DNA of 64,000 nucleotides from the human T2T-CHM13v2.0 reference genome, Homo sapiens. Numbering within the stretch: position 1 is the stretch's first letter; every line of letters begins with the position of its first letter. The stretch lies in the NCBI RefSeq assembly GCF_009914755.1, contig NC_060933.1, one strand, 5' to 3'. The position numbers were made by a program, and so were the translations under genes. Under the pieces are notes generated by a model, which did not search any database, had not been told where the DNA came from, and saw only the letters and a program-made list of their open reading frames with translations. Below are positions 29,690-42,759 of the stretch, piece after piece.

Positions 29690-32600
29690 AAAAAATAGCT
29701 GTATTTTACACACATACGATTCACCCATTAAAAGTATACAATCCAACATACTATAGTGTAATATATTCACAGAGTTATGAAATCGTCAACACTATCTAAT
29801 TTTAGAACACTTTCACTTCTCTTAAAAGAACCCCAGTCCTCATTAGCTGACTCCATATTTCGCTTTCTTTCCTGCCCAGCCCTAAGTAACCACAAACCTA
29901 GTTTCTGTCACCATAGACTTGTCTATTTTGGACATTTTATATTAATGGAATCATATAATATGAGGTCTTTAGTGACTACATACTTTCACTTACCATATTG
30001 TTTTCAAGGTTCATCCATGTTGTAGCATGTATTATGGCTTCATTCCTTTTTTATGGATGAATAATATTACATACATAAAATGTGTATAGTATAATACATT
30101 TTATTTATTAATGTATAAGTTGGTGAACATTTGTCTATCTCCTTTGGAGAAATATTTGTTCAAATCATTTGCTCATTTTTAAATTGGGTCATTTATCTTT
30201 TTAATATTGAGTTGTAAGAACTCTTTATATATTCTAAAAACAAGTTCCTTGTTAGATACATGATTTGCAAATGCTTTCACCCATTCTTTTCACTTTCTTG
30301 ATGCATCTTTGGCAGCACAAAGTTTTTAGTTTTGATAAAGTCTTATCTGTTTTTTTTTCTTTTGTAACCTATGTTTTTGGTGTCATTGTTAACTATTATT
30401 AACAGTTAACTATTGTTAATAGTTGAGAAACTATTGCCTCACCCAACGTCATGAAGATTTACTGCTATACTTTCTTGTAATAGTTTTATAGACTTAGCAC
30501 TTACATTTAGATAGATGATCCATTTTCAGTTTGCTTTTGTGTATTGTGTGAGGTAGGAGACCAACTTCATTTTTTTTTGCAGTTGATATTCATTTTTCCT
30601 AGTACCATTTTCTGAAAAGACAGTGTTTTCTCCCATTGAATTGTCTTTGTACCCTTGTAAAAATAAGTTGACTGTAAATGTAAAGATTTATTTTTAACTC
30701 TCAATTCTATTCCATTGATACATATGTTTATCCTTACACCTGTGCCACACAGTCTTGATTACTACAGCTTTGTAGTAAGTTTTGAAATTAGAGTGTAAGT
30801 TCTTCAACTTAGTTTTTTACTATCAAGATTGTTTAGGCTATTCTGAGTTCCTTGCATTTCTGCACAAATTATAAGATCAGCTTGTCAATTTCTGCCAAAA
30901 AAGCCAACTGAGATTTTGATATAGATTGCATTGAATTTGTAGATGATTTGGGGGAGCATGACAATCTTGCCAATATTAACTCTCATAAACCATGAACATG
31001 GAATAGCTTCCTATATATTTAGATCTACTGTAATTACTTTCAACAATATTTTATAGTTTCAGTATAAAAGTTTTGCACTTTTTTATTGAATTTATTCCTA
31101 TGTCTCTTATTCTTTTGATGCTATTGAAAATTGTTTCCTTTAATTTCTTTTTCAAAATATTCATTGCTAATGTATAGAGACATGATGGACTTTGTACATT
31201 GATCTTGTGTTCTGAGACCTTGCTGAACTTATTAGTTCTCATGATGGATTTTTATAGTGGATTCCTTAGGACATTTTTGTATGCAATGTCATGCCATCCG
31301 CGAATTGTAGTTTTGCCCCTTCTCCAAACTGGCTGCTTTTCTTTCTATTTTCTTCATAATTGCCTTAGCTAGAACTTCCAGTACAAGGTTGAATAAAAGT
31401 GATAATAGCATTTTTGTCTTGTTCCTGATGTTAGGGGAGAATCATTCAGTGTTCACTATTAAGTATAATGTTAGCTGTGGCTTTTTCATTGATGGCCTTT
31501 ATCAGGTTGGGGAAGTTCCCTTCTTTTTCTTGTTTGTTGAGTGGTTTTATTATGAAAAGGTTTTGGATTTTGTCCAGTGATTTTTTCTTGCATCTATTGA
31601 TGTGGTCACTTTTTTTTATTCCACTAATATATTGCATTACACAAATTGCTTTTGAATGGTTAAACTAACTTTGGATTCTTGGAATAAATCCCACGTGGTC
31701 ATGGAATAATACCATTTATATGTTGCCCAATTAAGTTTGCTTGTGTTTTGTTAAGAAGTTCTACATCTGTGTTCATAACGGATACTGCTCGGCAGAATTT
31801 TTTCTTTGTGTGTCTTTTTATGGTTTTAGTATTTGGATAATGCTGGCCTTTAATTGGCTGTTTAATATGTCTGTCATTTTACTTTTGTTTTCTGGTGTCC
31901 TGCTTTTTTTTTCTTTGCTTTCTTTGCATATAGTGAACATTTCGTAGTGTAACGTTTTAATTTCTTTGATTATTTTTAACTGTTTTTAAAAGTTATTTTA
32001 TTAGTTGTTGTTCTAGAGCTTACAATATACATACCAATGTATTATAATTATTTCAGATTAATTCTAAAGTATTGCTAAACATAATTAAAGTGGGATTTGT
32101 ATATTGCCTCTTCCCTTTTCTGTACAATTATTGTTATACATATCATGTCTATAGATGTTACAAACCCAGTAATATATTGCTATAATTTTTACTTTATATA
32201 ATTTTGTATCTTTTAAAGAAGTTTGGAGAAAAAAGATTAGTAAGTATAGTATTTTTTAGAGTTTATTCAACCACCTCATTTTTGTTGTCATTGTCAAATA
32301 TATTTTATTTCATGTGTTATAGGCCCCAAAATACAGATAGATAGATGAATAATTTTATATAATTGTTTCTCAAATCAGTCAGGAGAAAGAAGGAGAAGAA
32401 ATATCACATTTTACTATCTTTTAAATTACTCGTATAGTTACTTCTACTGGCACACTGTTTTTTCATGTGGATTTAAATTACTGTGTGGTGCCTTTCAGCC
32501 TGAAGAACTTCCTTTAGTATTTCTTATGAGGTTGGTCTTCAACCAATACATTTTCTCAGTTGTGTTTTTTTTTTTTTTAAATCTGGGAATCTCCTTCTCT

Positions 32601-33885
32601 CTTAATGGATAGTTTTTGCTGGATATGAGATTCTGGTTTGGTAGTTGTTTATCTTTTCTTTCAGCATTTTGAGTACGTTATCCCACAACATTTGGGCCAC
32701 CATTATTTCTGCTGAGAAGTCAGCTATTAATTTTGTACATCATGACTCATTTTTCTTTTGCTGCTTGGAAGATTTTCTCTTTCCCGTTTGTCTTTCAATA
32801 TATTTACTATGATATGTGTGTCTCAGTGTAGATAACTTTGTGTTTATCATACTTGGAGTTTGTTGAGCTTTCTGTATATATGAGAAAATGTTTTTCTTCA
32901 AATTTGGCAAGTTTTCCGTCATATTTTTCTTTCAAATAGTTTTTTCTGCTCCTTTCTCACTCTCCTCTCCTTCCGGTACTCCCATTATTTGTGCATTGGT
33001 ATGTTTAGTGGTGCCCTACCTTTTATATGTTTCTGTTCATTTTACTGTGTCTTAGAGCTACCTGCCTCTTATTAATTGCTCTCTACCCACAAACATGTAA
33101 ACTGTTTTCCCCAACACCCTCAGGCACGGATTCCCTACTTTCTGTTCCAAATAAAGCCAGTCCTCCCCAGCAAGACTGCAGAGCTACCTTGTGGCCTACC
33201 TATACCTCTGGACAAAACCCCAGCATCTCTGCATCACAGCAAAAAGGCTGGGTCCTGCTTCTACAAGAGTGAGCTTCCCACTTTATAAGTGGGCCCTGGT
33301 GGGGCTAGGGGTACCTCCTGGTCGTCACAGTCTGACCCTCCCAGCATGACACTTCTATCCTTCAAGTGATCTGGGACAGGGAGTGATTGGGACCCCTGCA
33401 CACTTGACCTGTCACATCTGGAGCAGAGTTTCTATTGTATGAGTGGGGGTTGGGTAGAGTAAGCAAGACATAGCCCCTTCAGCTGTGCTGGTCTGAAATA
33501 GAGCTTCCGTAACATAGGGCTGGGGGGATAAGAAATGCTACTGCCTGCCCATCCAAGGATGGAACTGTAACCCCAGACTAAGATCTAGGGGACAGGATAC
33601 CCCTGACTTCTTGGCTGCATACACCCTGGGTAGAGGTTAACACAGAAGGCCATAGCTCAAATGCAACAGACTCTCACTGTTCTCACCAGGAATTGGTAGA
33701 TTTTCTCTACCAATGGAGAAATAAATGTTTCTCCATTTGCTGTATGGCCTTAGAACAATTTCCAGAAACTTTAAATGATCTTTTAAAATAATATCACCCA
33801 GTAAATTGTTTTGTTGGACAGAGGGTTCATTGAGCTCCTTACTCCATCATTCCAGAAGTCTCACTGTCTGTATTTCTTCACAAAT
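29690..33885 (-). mobile_element. Old L1M (L1MB-type 3' end) with 3'UTR, part of ORF2, ORF1 and 5' region; internally deleted
   Basis: Antisense L1 3'UTR at 29700-30120; ORF2 remnant 'LDKIQNLFIIKPLNK..EGNFPNLIKAINEKATANIILN'; ORF1 remnant 'MTENLPNLKKNIFSYIQKAQQTPS'. Confidence 0.8.
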
Positions 33886-34824
33886 TTCTTTGATGTGTGG
33901 TAATTTGTTACATAGTAATAGGAAACTAGACAAGTGTAATTTGTGTTCTGGTTGCTATACTATTGATGTATTTATTGAGAAGCAATCAGCCTCCGCGGAG
34001 ATGTGCCGTAGGAGCAACACCTCTCCAGAAGAGTCTCCCATGTGTGCCCAGAAGCAGGTGGCTGAAGGTGTGCCTCTCTGGAGACCCCCAACTTTTCTGA
34101 GGGAGCACACGGGGACCTGCTTAAAGCACAGGAGCAGCGTGAACCCAGAGTGCTGTAAGGGCCTTCACCGCTCCTGCCTGGCACCCAGGAGGGTTGAGGA
34201 ACAGCAAGTCCCAATTCCTATAGCCTTAAAGCACTCCTGATCAAAGCAGCTTATCCTCAACTTCTATCAAGAAATAAATTCAGGGACAAGTGACATTTTA
34301 GACAAAGGTAATTTGAGACATTAAATGCAGTAGGAATGGTGGTCGTCCAGCTGAGGGGGATCCTTTAAAACTTATTCTGGAGACGGGGTGAGAATTAAAA
34401 CCTTCAGGTGAAGCAAATGTCACAAATGGTGAAGACAAGCAGAATAAGAGGCACAGGCAAGGAACGGAAGCACATGACATGCTGCTGCCTTTCTGGGGAT
34501 GGCCAGGGCACAAATGTGTCTCCCATGTGTCTGCATGGGGCTTAGCATTGATGGGTTCATTGCAGAAGCAGTGATACCTAGAAAGGGCCTGAACACATCA
34601 GCTGTCAGACAGCAGGGGAAGCGTTAGGTAAATGACTGCATTCATATAGTGGAAAACGATAGACGTCAAAACTCAGGTGTTTGATATTTTATGTTACGTT
34701 TTAATAGCATAAGGAAAAATAGAGCAGTTATTCTAACAAGCAGGGCAGAGGCTTCATGAAGCACAGCTCTAATTAGTACTATACAGTGTATACATACATA
34801 TGTATCATATTTTCCAGTTCACAC

Positions 34825-35243
34825 TGTTGTAGAAAAAAAAAAAACGGGTTCTTGTCACACGACAGGAAAAGTTAGGCATGCAGACACTTTGAAAGGTGAG
34901 GGGAACGGAATTCACTTGGCGAAAAGGAAAAGGGAAAAATAACTCTCAGCAAAGCAAGAGAGAGTCCTGCTAGCAGGTTTTCCATCTCACAAATTGAATT
35001 CCAGGTCACCACACAAGAACAGGAGAAGCCAGGCTCCTCCCCGCTGCAAACCGCGTGAATTCCCCGTGGCTCCACCTACTTCCCCCAGTGCGCATGTTGG
35101 GCACCGGTCTGCTGTGAGCATGCTCAGACAAGCCCTGGGCAGGTTCCCTCATCTGCACAAAAGCATCCATGCAAACACTCGCGGGGCTGGTCGGAGATTC
35201 GCAGCGGACCCCTTTTTATCTTCCTGGGCATTTTGCTGTCTCA
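34825..35243 (-). mobile_element. MER61-family ERV1 solo LTR
   Basis: TG...CA termini; 4-bp TSD ACAC (34821-34824 and 35244-35247); MER61-like sequence with p53 motif. Confidence 0.85.
35116..35135. promoter_or_regulatory. Perfect p53 response element (no spacer)
   Basis: GAGCATGCTC AGACAAGCCC matches RRRCWWGYYY x2 at 20/20; a third imperfect half-site GGGCAGGTTC at 35137-35146. Confidence 0.8.
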
Positions 35244-35399
35244 ACACCACACCACACCTCTGGCATGTTTTATGGAAATATAGCTATAGAGATGGTTATA
35301 TATAGATAGATATTTTTAACTGGAATGCTAAAAAAAACTGTCATTTATTTATTTTTTAAATATTGAGCTCTATTCAGTGGATATAGAGCTGTTTACATT

Positions 35400-35579
35400 T
35401 TTTTCTTCCTTTCTTTCCTTCCTCCTTTCTTCCTTCCTTTCCACTTTTCTTTTTTTCTTTTCTTTTCTTTTTAGAGACAGGGTCTTGCTATGTTGCTCAG
35501 GCTACCTCAAACTCCTAGGCTCAAGTGATCCTCCCACCTCAGCCTCCCAACTATAGGTGTGAACTACCACAGCTGGCTA
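35400..35579 (-). mobile_element. Alu left monomer (FLAM-like) with pyrimidine tail
   Basis: GAGACAGGGTCTTGCTATGTTGCTCAGGCT...CTCCCACCTCAGCCTCCCAA; monomer length. Confidence 0.8.
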
Positions 35580-35689
35580 AAGCTGTCTTTTACTGAGTGG
35601 CTATTTTATGTCCTGTCATGCACAGTGCTAGGTGCTTTGGAACAAGCATTTCATTTATTTCTTGAAACAACCCTATGAGGAAGGTATAT

Positions 35690-36566
35690 ACTGGGTTGAA
35701 TTAGTGTCCCCAAAATTCATGTCTGTGCAGACCTGTGACTATGATCTTACTTGGAAATGAGGTCTTTGCAGAAGCAATCAAGTTAAGTTCATGCTGGATT
35801 AGGGAATAGGTCGTAACGTGATAACTGGTGTGCTTATAAGAAGAGGGAAATTTGGACACAGGCACATAGGGGACAGGGTTGTGTGAAGATGGAGGCAGAG
35901 ATTGGGGTGATGATTCACCTTGAAAACAAGGCACACCAAGGCTTGCTAACAGACACCAGAAGCTAGCAAAAAGGCAAGACAGGATTCTCCCCTAGAGCTG
36001 TAGCAGGACGAGCCGCAGACAAACCCCTCAGACACTGAGTTAAAGAAGGAAGGTACTTTATTCAGGCAGGAGCTTTGGCAAGACTCACATCTCAAAAACC
36101 GAGCTCCCTGAGTGAGCAATTCCTGTCCCTTTTAAGGGCTTACAACTCTAAGGGGGTCCGTGTGAGAGGATCTTGATCAATTGAGCAAGCAGGTGGTAAG
36201 TGACTGGGGGCTGCATGCACCGGTAATCAGAACGGAACAGAACAGGAAAGGGATTTTCACAGTGCTTCTCCAAACAATGTCTGGAATCTATAGATAACAT
36301 AACCGGTTAGGTCAGGGGTCGATCTTTAACTACCAGGGCCAGGGTGCAGCGCTGGGCTGTCTGCCTGTGGATTTCATTTTTGCCTTTTAGTTTTTACTTC
36401 TTCCTTCTTTGGAGGCAGAAATTGGGCATAAGACAATATGAGGGGTGGCCTCCTCCCTTAGAGCCTTCAAACTTGTGGACTCTAGAACTGTAAAAGAATA
36501 AACTTCTGTTCTTTTAAGCCACTTAGTTTGTGGTGGTTTCTTGCAGCAGCTCTAGAAAACTAATAC
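35690..36566 (+). mobile_element. MLT1B/C LTR, interrupted by LTR2 and itself inside a MIR-like fragment
   Basis: GGGTTGAATTAGTGTCCCCAAAATTCATG...GATTCTCCCCTAGAGC|insert|CTTC...GAAAACTAATAC. Confidence 0.85.
35999..36460 (-). mobile_element. LTR2 (B/C-like; HERV-E/Harlequin) solo LTR
   Basis: Minus strand starts TAAGGGAGGAGGCCACCCCTCATATTGTCTTATGCCCAATTTCTGCCTCC; 4-bp TSD GAGC (35995-35998 and 36461-36464). Confidence 0.9.
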
Positions 36567-38049
36567 GTGGTATATTTATCCCCATTTGATACATCAAGAC
36601 AATTAGGATCAGTAGAATTAAGAAAACTACCAAAGGCCACACAGTTCCTCACTGAAGAAACAGAAATCAAACACAGCAAGGTGGTTCCCAGGGACACCTG
36701 GAACCACAGGCCATACTACCTCCCAGTTTTTGGAAAATTCCACAGGAAAATTTTTTAAAAAATATTTCAGCATTTATTTTGAGTAGTTGAACAATAGATT
36801 ACTTTTATCTTCTTCATCATAATTTTTGTTATTCTTTGTTTTATACTGAACACAAAATCTTAGGGTTATAAGGTTTATAACCCAAAGAAAATAGCTGTTA
36901 TTAAAGAACTATGGCTCCAACAAAGGTGGGACCATGGTCCCAGGTACGGGCAGCCACTACACCTGTCCCTTCCATCACCTCCCTCAGGACAGTTGTGTTG
37001 AGTCTAAATCCAAAAAACAGTAGTGGCTTTCCCTCCTATGAAAGAGCCTCACAGTGCAGCAGAGTCCGGTAACCAAATCACTAGTTGTTCAATCACCCAA
37101 GACAGTTTGGAATGAGCCTGGGTGGAATTTCCAAGAGAGTGGAGACCATCCTTCAAGACCCAGATTCTCGAGGAGCATTCTTTTATCAGTGATTTTCCTG
37201 CTTCATCGCACACCATCCTGTGACCCAACACCACTGATGTTGTCTGATTCAAAAAGACAGGGTGCACAAGTACAATTATTTCCGCCAAAATTGATAAACA
37301 TTTCTGTTTACCAGACGAGGGCTTTGGAAATGCCACCCAGATGAGAACTTGGACACAGGTGTGTTGGCCTCCTTCCTCCTAATTCCACTGGAGTAACCAC
37401 TGGAGGCAATAGCAGGCCTAGGCTCTTCTTTTCTGGCCTTTGCTTTCCTAAAATCTGACTGTATTAAAGAGGTTATCCTAAGAGCCTTTGTTGGCAACAA
37501 GAGGAAAGAGAGAGATTTCTCAGAGGCTAAGCAAGTATGTGGAGACAGGGAGAGGAGTGGTTGGGAGTAGAAACAAAGAACCCAGAGGAGGAGTGAGACC
37601 AGACAAGGAATAGAGGGTGAACCCAAGCACTGGGGCTCTCAGCCTTGGCTAAAATTCCTGTATCCCTCTCGGGTCATGGGAATAGAGAGCTTCCAGGTCC
37701 ACTGGGCCACTGCCAGCTAAGACAGTGAGGAAGCCTGCAGCCTCTATGATGAATCTCAGTCTAGCAGCCCTTCCTATCACTTGGATGACCCTCGGGGTGT
37801 AATCTAGGAGAGCAAGAGATTACAAGACTGCCTGAGATCCAGTTCTACACCATCCTGAAAGCATAAAGATTTAGTCATATTTCAAGAAAAATAAAGGAAT
37901 AGATATGTCTTGCTTAATGGAGGTTGGGGTCTGAAGCTTGTATCTACTACTTATCAACACACATATGAGTTTTTCTTGTGGTTTAGGCTTTTCTTGACTT
38001 TAGGAAACCAAGTCTGAAACAAAAAAATTTGTGAGAAAAATCATTTGTA

Positions 38050-38052
<3 letters not shown>

Positions 38053-38087
<35 letters not shown>
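38053..38087. repeat. (AT)n microsatellite
   Basis: About 17 AT units. Confidence 0.95.
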
Positions 38088-38088
<1 letters not shown>

Positions 38089-39375
38089 TGAAATATATTT
38101 GAAAATATATACTGAAAATATATATTTCAGATACTGAAATAAATGTCAGTGTGTGGACATTCAAGGGTGACTGCGCACACACATGAATATATTCACTGGC
38201 TCTGTCTGCCAAGAGGGTCTGGAAGCATAACATCCCAGGGCAACAAGTTCATCCAGCACCCAAATCTTGTTATCTAAAAACCATTTTCCAATAAATGGAA
38301 ACACGATTCCCCAGAGAATTGGCTGATTCTAGGACAGGGGCAGAGAAACTACAAAATGAGCCTGGAAAATCTTGCAGTGCCGGCAATTAAGAAAGTTCTC
38401 ACAAAAAAAAGGAACAAAAAATAACAAGTCAGAGGCATTTTGAAAGAGCATAAGGGCCAACCTGAAAAAAAAAATCCCAATGGCCAAAATCAGAACAAAT
38501 TGAGCAATACAATAAATAAGGAGAGTGTTTGCTTGTGACCCAGAGAGTAAAATAAATATCTGTGAGTACTTACTGATATAAATAAATGATTGAAAAATAA
38601 ATAAATGAGGAAATAGACAAATCTTCCTTAATAATTTCTAAATAATGTAGAAAGAATGAGTGAATAGAAAAATCACCATTAGAACAACACAGTGGTAATT
38701 GCTGAGGGCAAAATCCACTGATGGATGCTAAAATTAGTGAGTAAAACTTGAAAAAGAAGCAGGTTATTGGCATGGCCTCAAAGTGTCTATGCCAAAATAA
38801 TTCTTAATTATCATGGTGGTTTTAATATGGATCCACAAATGCTTTGATCCACTTCCAGAAGTGGATCTTACTTCCCCTCCCCTGAGTATGAGCTGGACTT
38901 GGTGACTCTCATCTCATCAATTGTGTAACGAAAGAGAAAAATAGCAGCTTCATGGAGGAGGAATCTGGCAGGCACTTCCTCAACCACGTGGTCCAGGTTT
39001 CCATCAACAAGGACGTCATCTGGCATCATGCACCCACTGATGGAAGGTGATGAGGACGCTTGCCTCTGTCTCATTCTCCCGCAAATCTATAATCCTAGTG
39101 TAACTAGGAGAAAACATAAGACAGACTCAAATGAAGGGACACTCTTCCAAATACCTGACCAGCTCTCTTCAAAACCATCTAAGTCATGACAACAAGAAAA
39201 GGTTGAAAATTGCCACAGATTGGAGGGGACTAAGAAGTCATGAAGACTAAATGCAGTGTGGAAGCCTGGATTGGATTATTGGGCAGAAGGAGGACATTCA
39301 TAGAAAAAACAGGTCATAGCTAGACCTGCTAATAGTGTAGTGTAGTTAATAGTGTAGTGCAAATGCCATTTTCTT

Positions 39376-40022
<647 letters not shown>

Positions 40023-40729
40023 ACTAATGCTATTTTCTTAGTTTTGACAAATATACTGTGGTTATGCAAGATTTTAACATTAGTGAACATGAGAAATCGC
40101 TGTACTATCTTTACAACTCATCCATAAATCTAAAATTATCTCAAAATTTTGAAAAATGAATTAGAATAAGGTGGACCTTCAAATGTTGGAGAATGAGAGG
40201 CTATGGAGGAACAGCCATGAAAAGGCCTGGTAATATATGAAATACTGAAAAAATGTGGGTTCCTCTCTTCACATCCTAAGGCCTTTCCTTTGCTGAGGAA
40301 ACAGGATGAGCACCCAATTCAATCCAACGTGGTAGCCACTTGGATGCATTTTTTTCCCCTAAGAAGGGTTGTGACTGTAATTGGAGAGCCATTTTAAGTA
40401 CGATAAAGAGAGGTGAAGTTTCAAGTGTCAGAGACCAACTAGAGCAGAGGCCACCTCGCCAAAGTGAAAGGCTCATGCCCTGTGTGGTGACTAAGGGTGT
40501 GGCTCCACCATTGGATTTAGCAATTCCGCCTCCAGGTAGGAGTGTATTCCATGGGGAAAAAAGAATCACGTATATGTGCAAATATTTAGATAGGCAGACA
40601 TTCACTACTGTGTTGTTTATAATACTCAAAAATGGAAATCAAGTGATCACCTAAGAAAAAAGAGTTAAGTAAATCATAGCCTGTCTGCAAAAGAAATACT
40701 ATGCAGTCATTTCAGAAAGATGTTGAAGT

Positions 40730-41110
40730 ATGATGGATATTATTCAGCCTTAAAAAGACAGGAAATTCTGACATATGCTACAGCATGGGTGAAACCTGAG
40801 GACATTATGCTAAGTGAAGTAAGCCAGTCACAAAAAGGCAAATATTGGATGAGTCCACTCATATGAGATACCTAGACCAGTCCAATCCATAGAGATAAAA
40901 AGTAGAATGGTGGTTGCCAGGGGCAGAGCAAGGGGGAAATGGGGAGTTGCTTAATGGGTGTAGTTTCAGATTTGAAAGATAAAAAGAGTTCTGGAGATGG
41001 ATGGTGGTGATAGCTGTATAATATTAATGTATAATATTTAAAGTAACTGAACAGTACACTTAAAAATGATTGACGATAAATTTTATGTGTGTTTCACCAC
41101 AATAAAAAAA
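40730..41110 (+). mobile_element. 5'-truncated L1MB-type 3' end inside an older L1ME 3' fragment
   Basis: TATTCAGCCTTAAAAAG...CACTTAAAAATG...CACCACAATAAAAAAAA; TSD AAAGATGTT(G/C)AAG near 40716 and 41111. Confidence 0.8.
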
Positions 41111-42508
41111 AAAGATGTTCAAGAACACAACATCACATGGAAACATGTAATAATATATTGTTAAATGGAAAAAGCAAGTTGCAAAAATAACTTAAAATGT
41201 GCGATTTTGTAAACACACACACACACACTCCGCAGAGAAAAATGTTGGAAAAGGGAAGATGCTAACAAATTCACAAATCTGGGTAGTGGAAACAAAGTGA
41301 TTGCTATTGCCTTCTTTTTGTTTATCCATATTTTCAGATCTTCCAGGAACTTCCCATTCTTGAAAATTACAGCAAATGTTGTGTTTGTAAGAGTGATATG
41401 GGAGGCTCCCTAAGCTATTCTGAGCCTCAGGTTTGAGGGTTCCTGGGAATGGAGAATTGAGATGGTGTATGTACAGGGATGCACGGAGGCAGTCCACCCT
41501 CCCTAGAAGCAGCTTTAGTGAGACTGTGGCAATGGCTGCAGGGATCCCAATCTACACTTAAACATTAGTCCAAGGGGCCCTTGCCTTGGGCTTGGATGGA
41601 GGAGGCCACCAAGCCCAGGGCCTCCAGGAGTTCTCTTCTTCCTCCCTGACTTCACCTCCTACAGATATTTCTGGAGTTTTCCCTCCCACTTCCTTAACTT
41701 TTTAAAAAATTTTAATTTAATTTTTTTTCATTTTTTTCCATAGGTTATTAGGGTACAGGTGGTATTTGGTTACATGAGTAAGTTATTTAGTGGTTATTTG
41801 TGAGATTTTGGTGTGCCCATCATACGAGCAGTATACACTGCACCCTATTTGTTGCCTTTTATCCCTCACCCCTCTCCCACCTTCCCTCCAGGTCTTCAAA
41901 GTCCATTGTATCATTCTCATGCCTCTGCCTCCTCATAGCTTAGCTCCTACATACCAGAGAGAACATACGATCTTTGGTTTTTCATTCCTGAATACCTCAC
42001 TTAGAATAGTAGTCTCCAATCTCATCCAGGTCACTGCAAATGCTGTTAATTCATTCCTTTTTATGGCTGAGAGTATTCCATTGAATATATATATACCACA
42101 GTTTCTTTTCTTTTCTTTTTTTTTTTGCAGTGGCAAGATTTAATAGAGTGAAAACAGACTCCCATAAAATGGGAGGGGACCCAAAGGGGGTTGCCATTGC
42201 AAGCTCAAATGCCTGGGTTTATATCCAGATCATTGTCCCTCCTCCTGTTCTTTCAGGCGATAGATCATTGGCTATTTCTTAACCTCCTGTTTTTGCCTAA
42301 TTAGCATTTTAGTGAGCTCTCTTTACTACCTGATTGGTCAGGTGTGAGCTAAGTTGCAAGCCCCGTGTTTAAAGGTGGATGCAGTCATCTTCCCAGCTAG
42401 GCTTAGGGATTCTTAGTTAGCCTAGGAAATCCAGCTAGTCCTGTCTCTCAGTACCCCCTCTCAACAGTTAAACTCAAGTGCTGTTGGGGAGGTTGGCCGA
42501 TGACCTCT

Positions 42509-42742
42509 CTAACTGCTTCCTGCTGAATTGGGGTGTAGTAGGGGTCATGCAGTTGAAATTTCCTTGGGACGGGTGACTTCGATGTCACCAACATCAAAGC
42601 ATGAGCTAGCAGGCTGGTCCAGGGGTCCACGGTAGATCTTAGTCATGGACTGCATCTGGAGCTCCATTTGAAGAACAATTTGTAGTTTTACAGCTTCGAT
42701 TCTGGAAGAGACAAACTTAACAAGGAGGTTAAAGATACAGGA
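42509..42742 (-). pseudogene. HERV-W env C-terminal (TM cytoplasmic tail) remnant, syncytin-1-like
   Basis: Manual translation KFVSSRIEAVKLQIVLQMELQMQSMTKIYRGPLDQPASS...EISTA*PLLHPNSAGSS*. Confidence 0.9.
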
Positions 42743-42759
42743 ATTGGAATGTATGGTCT

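Noticed and set aside
42509-42742. ERVW-1 (syncytin-1) gene
   Set aside because: Only the C-terminal tail is present, with an in-frame stop, in a processed copy lacking a 5' U3 promoter.
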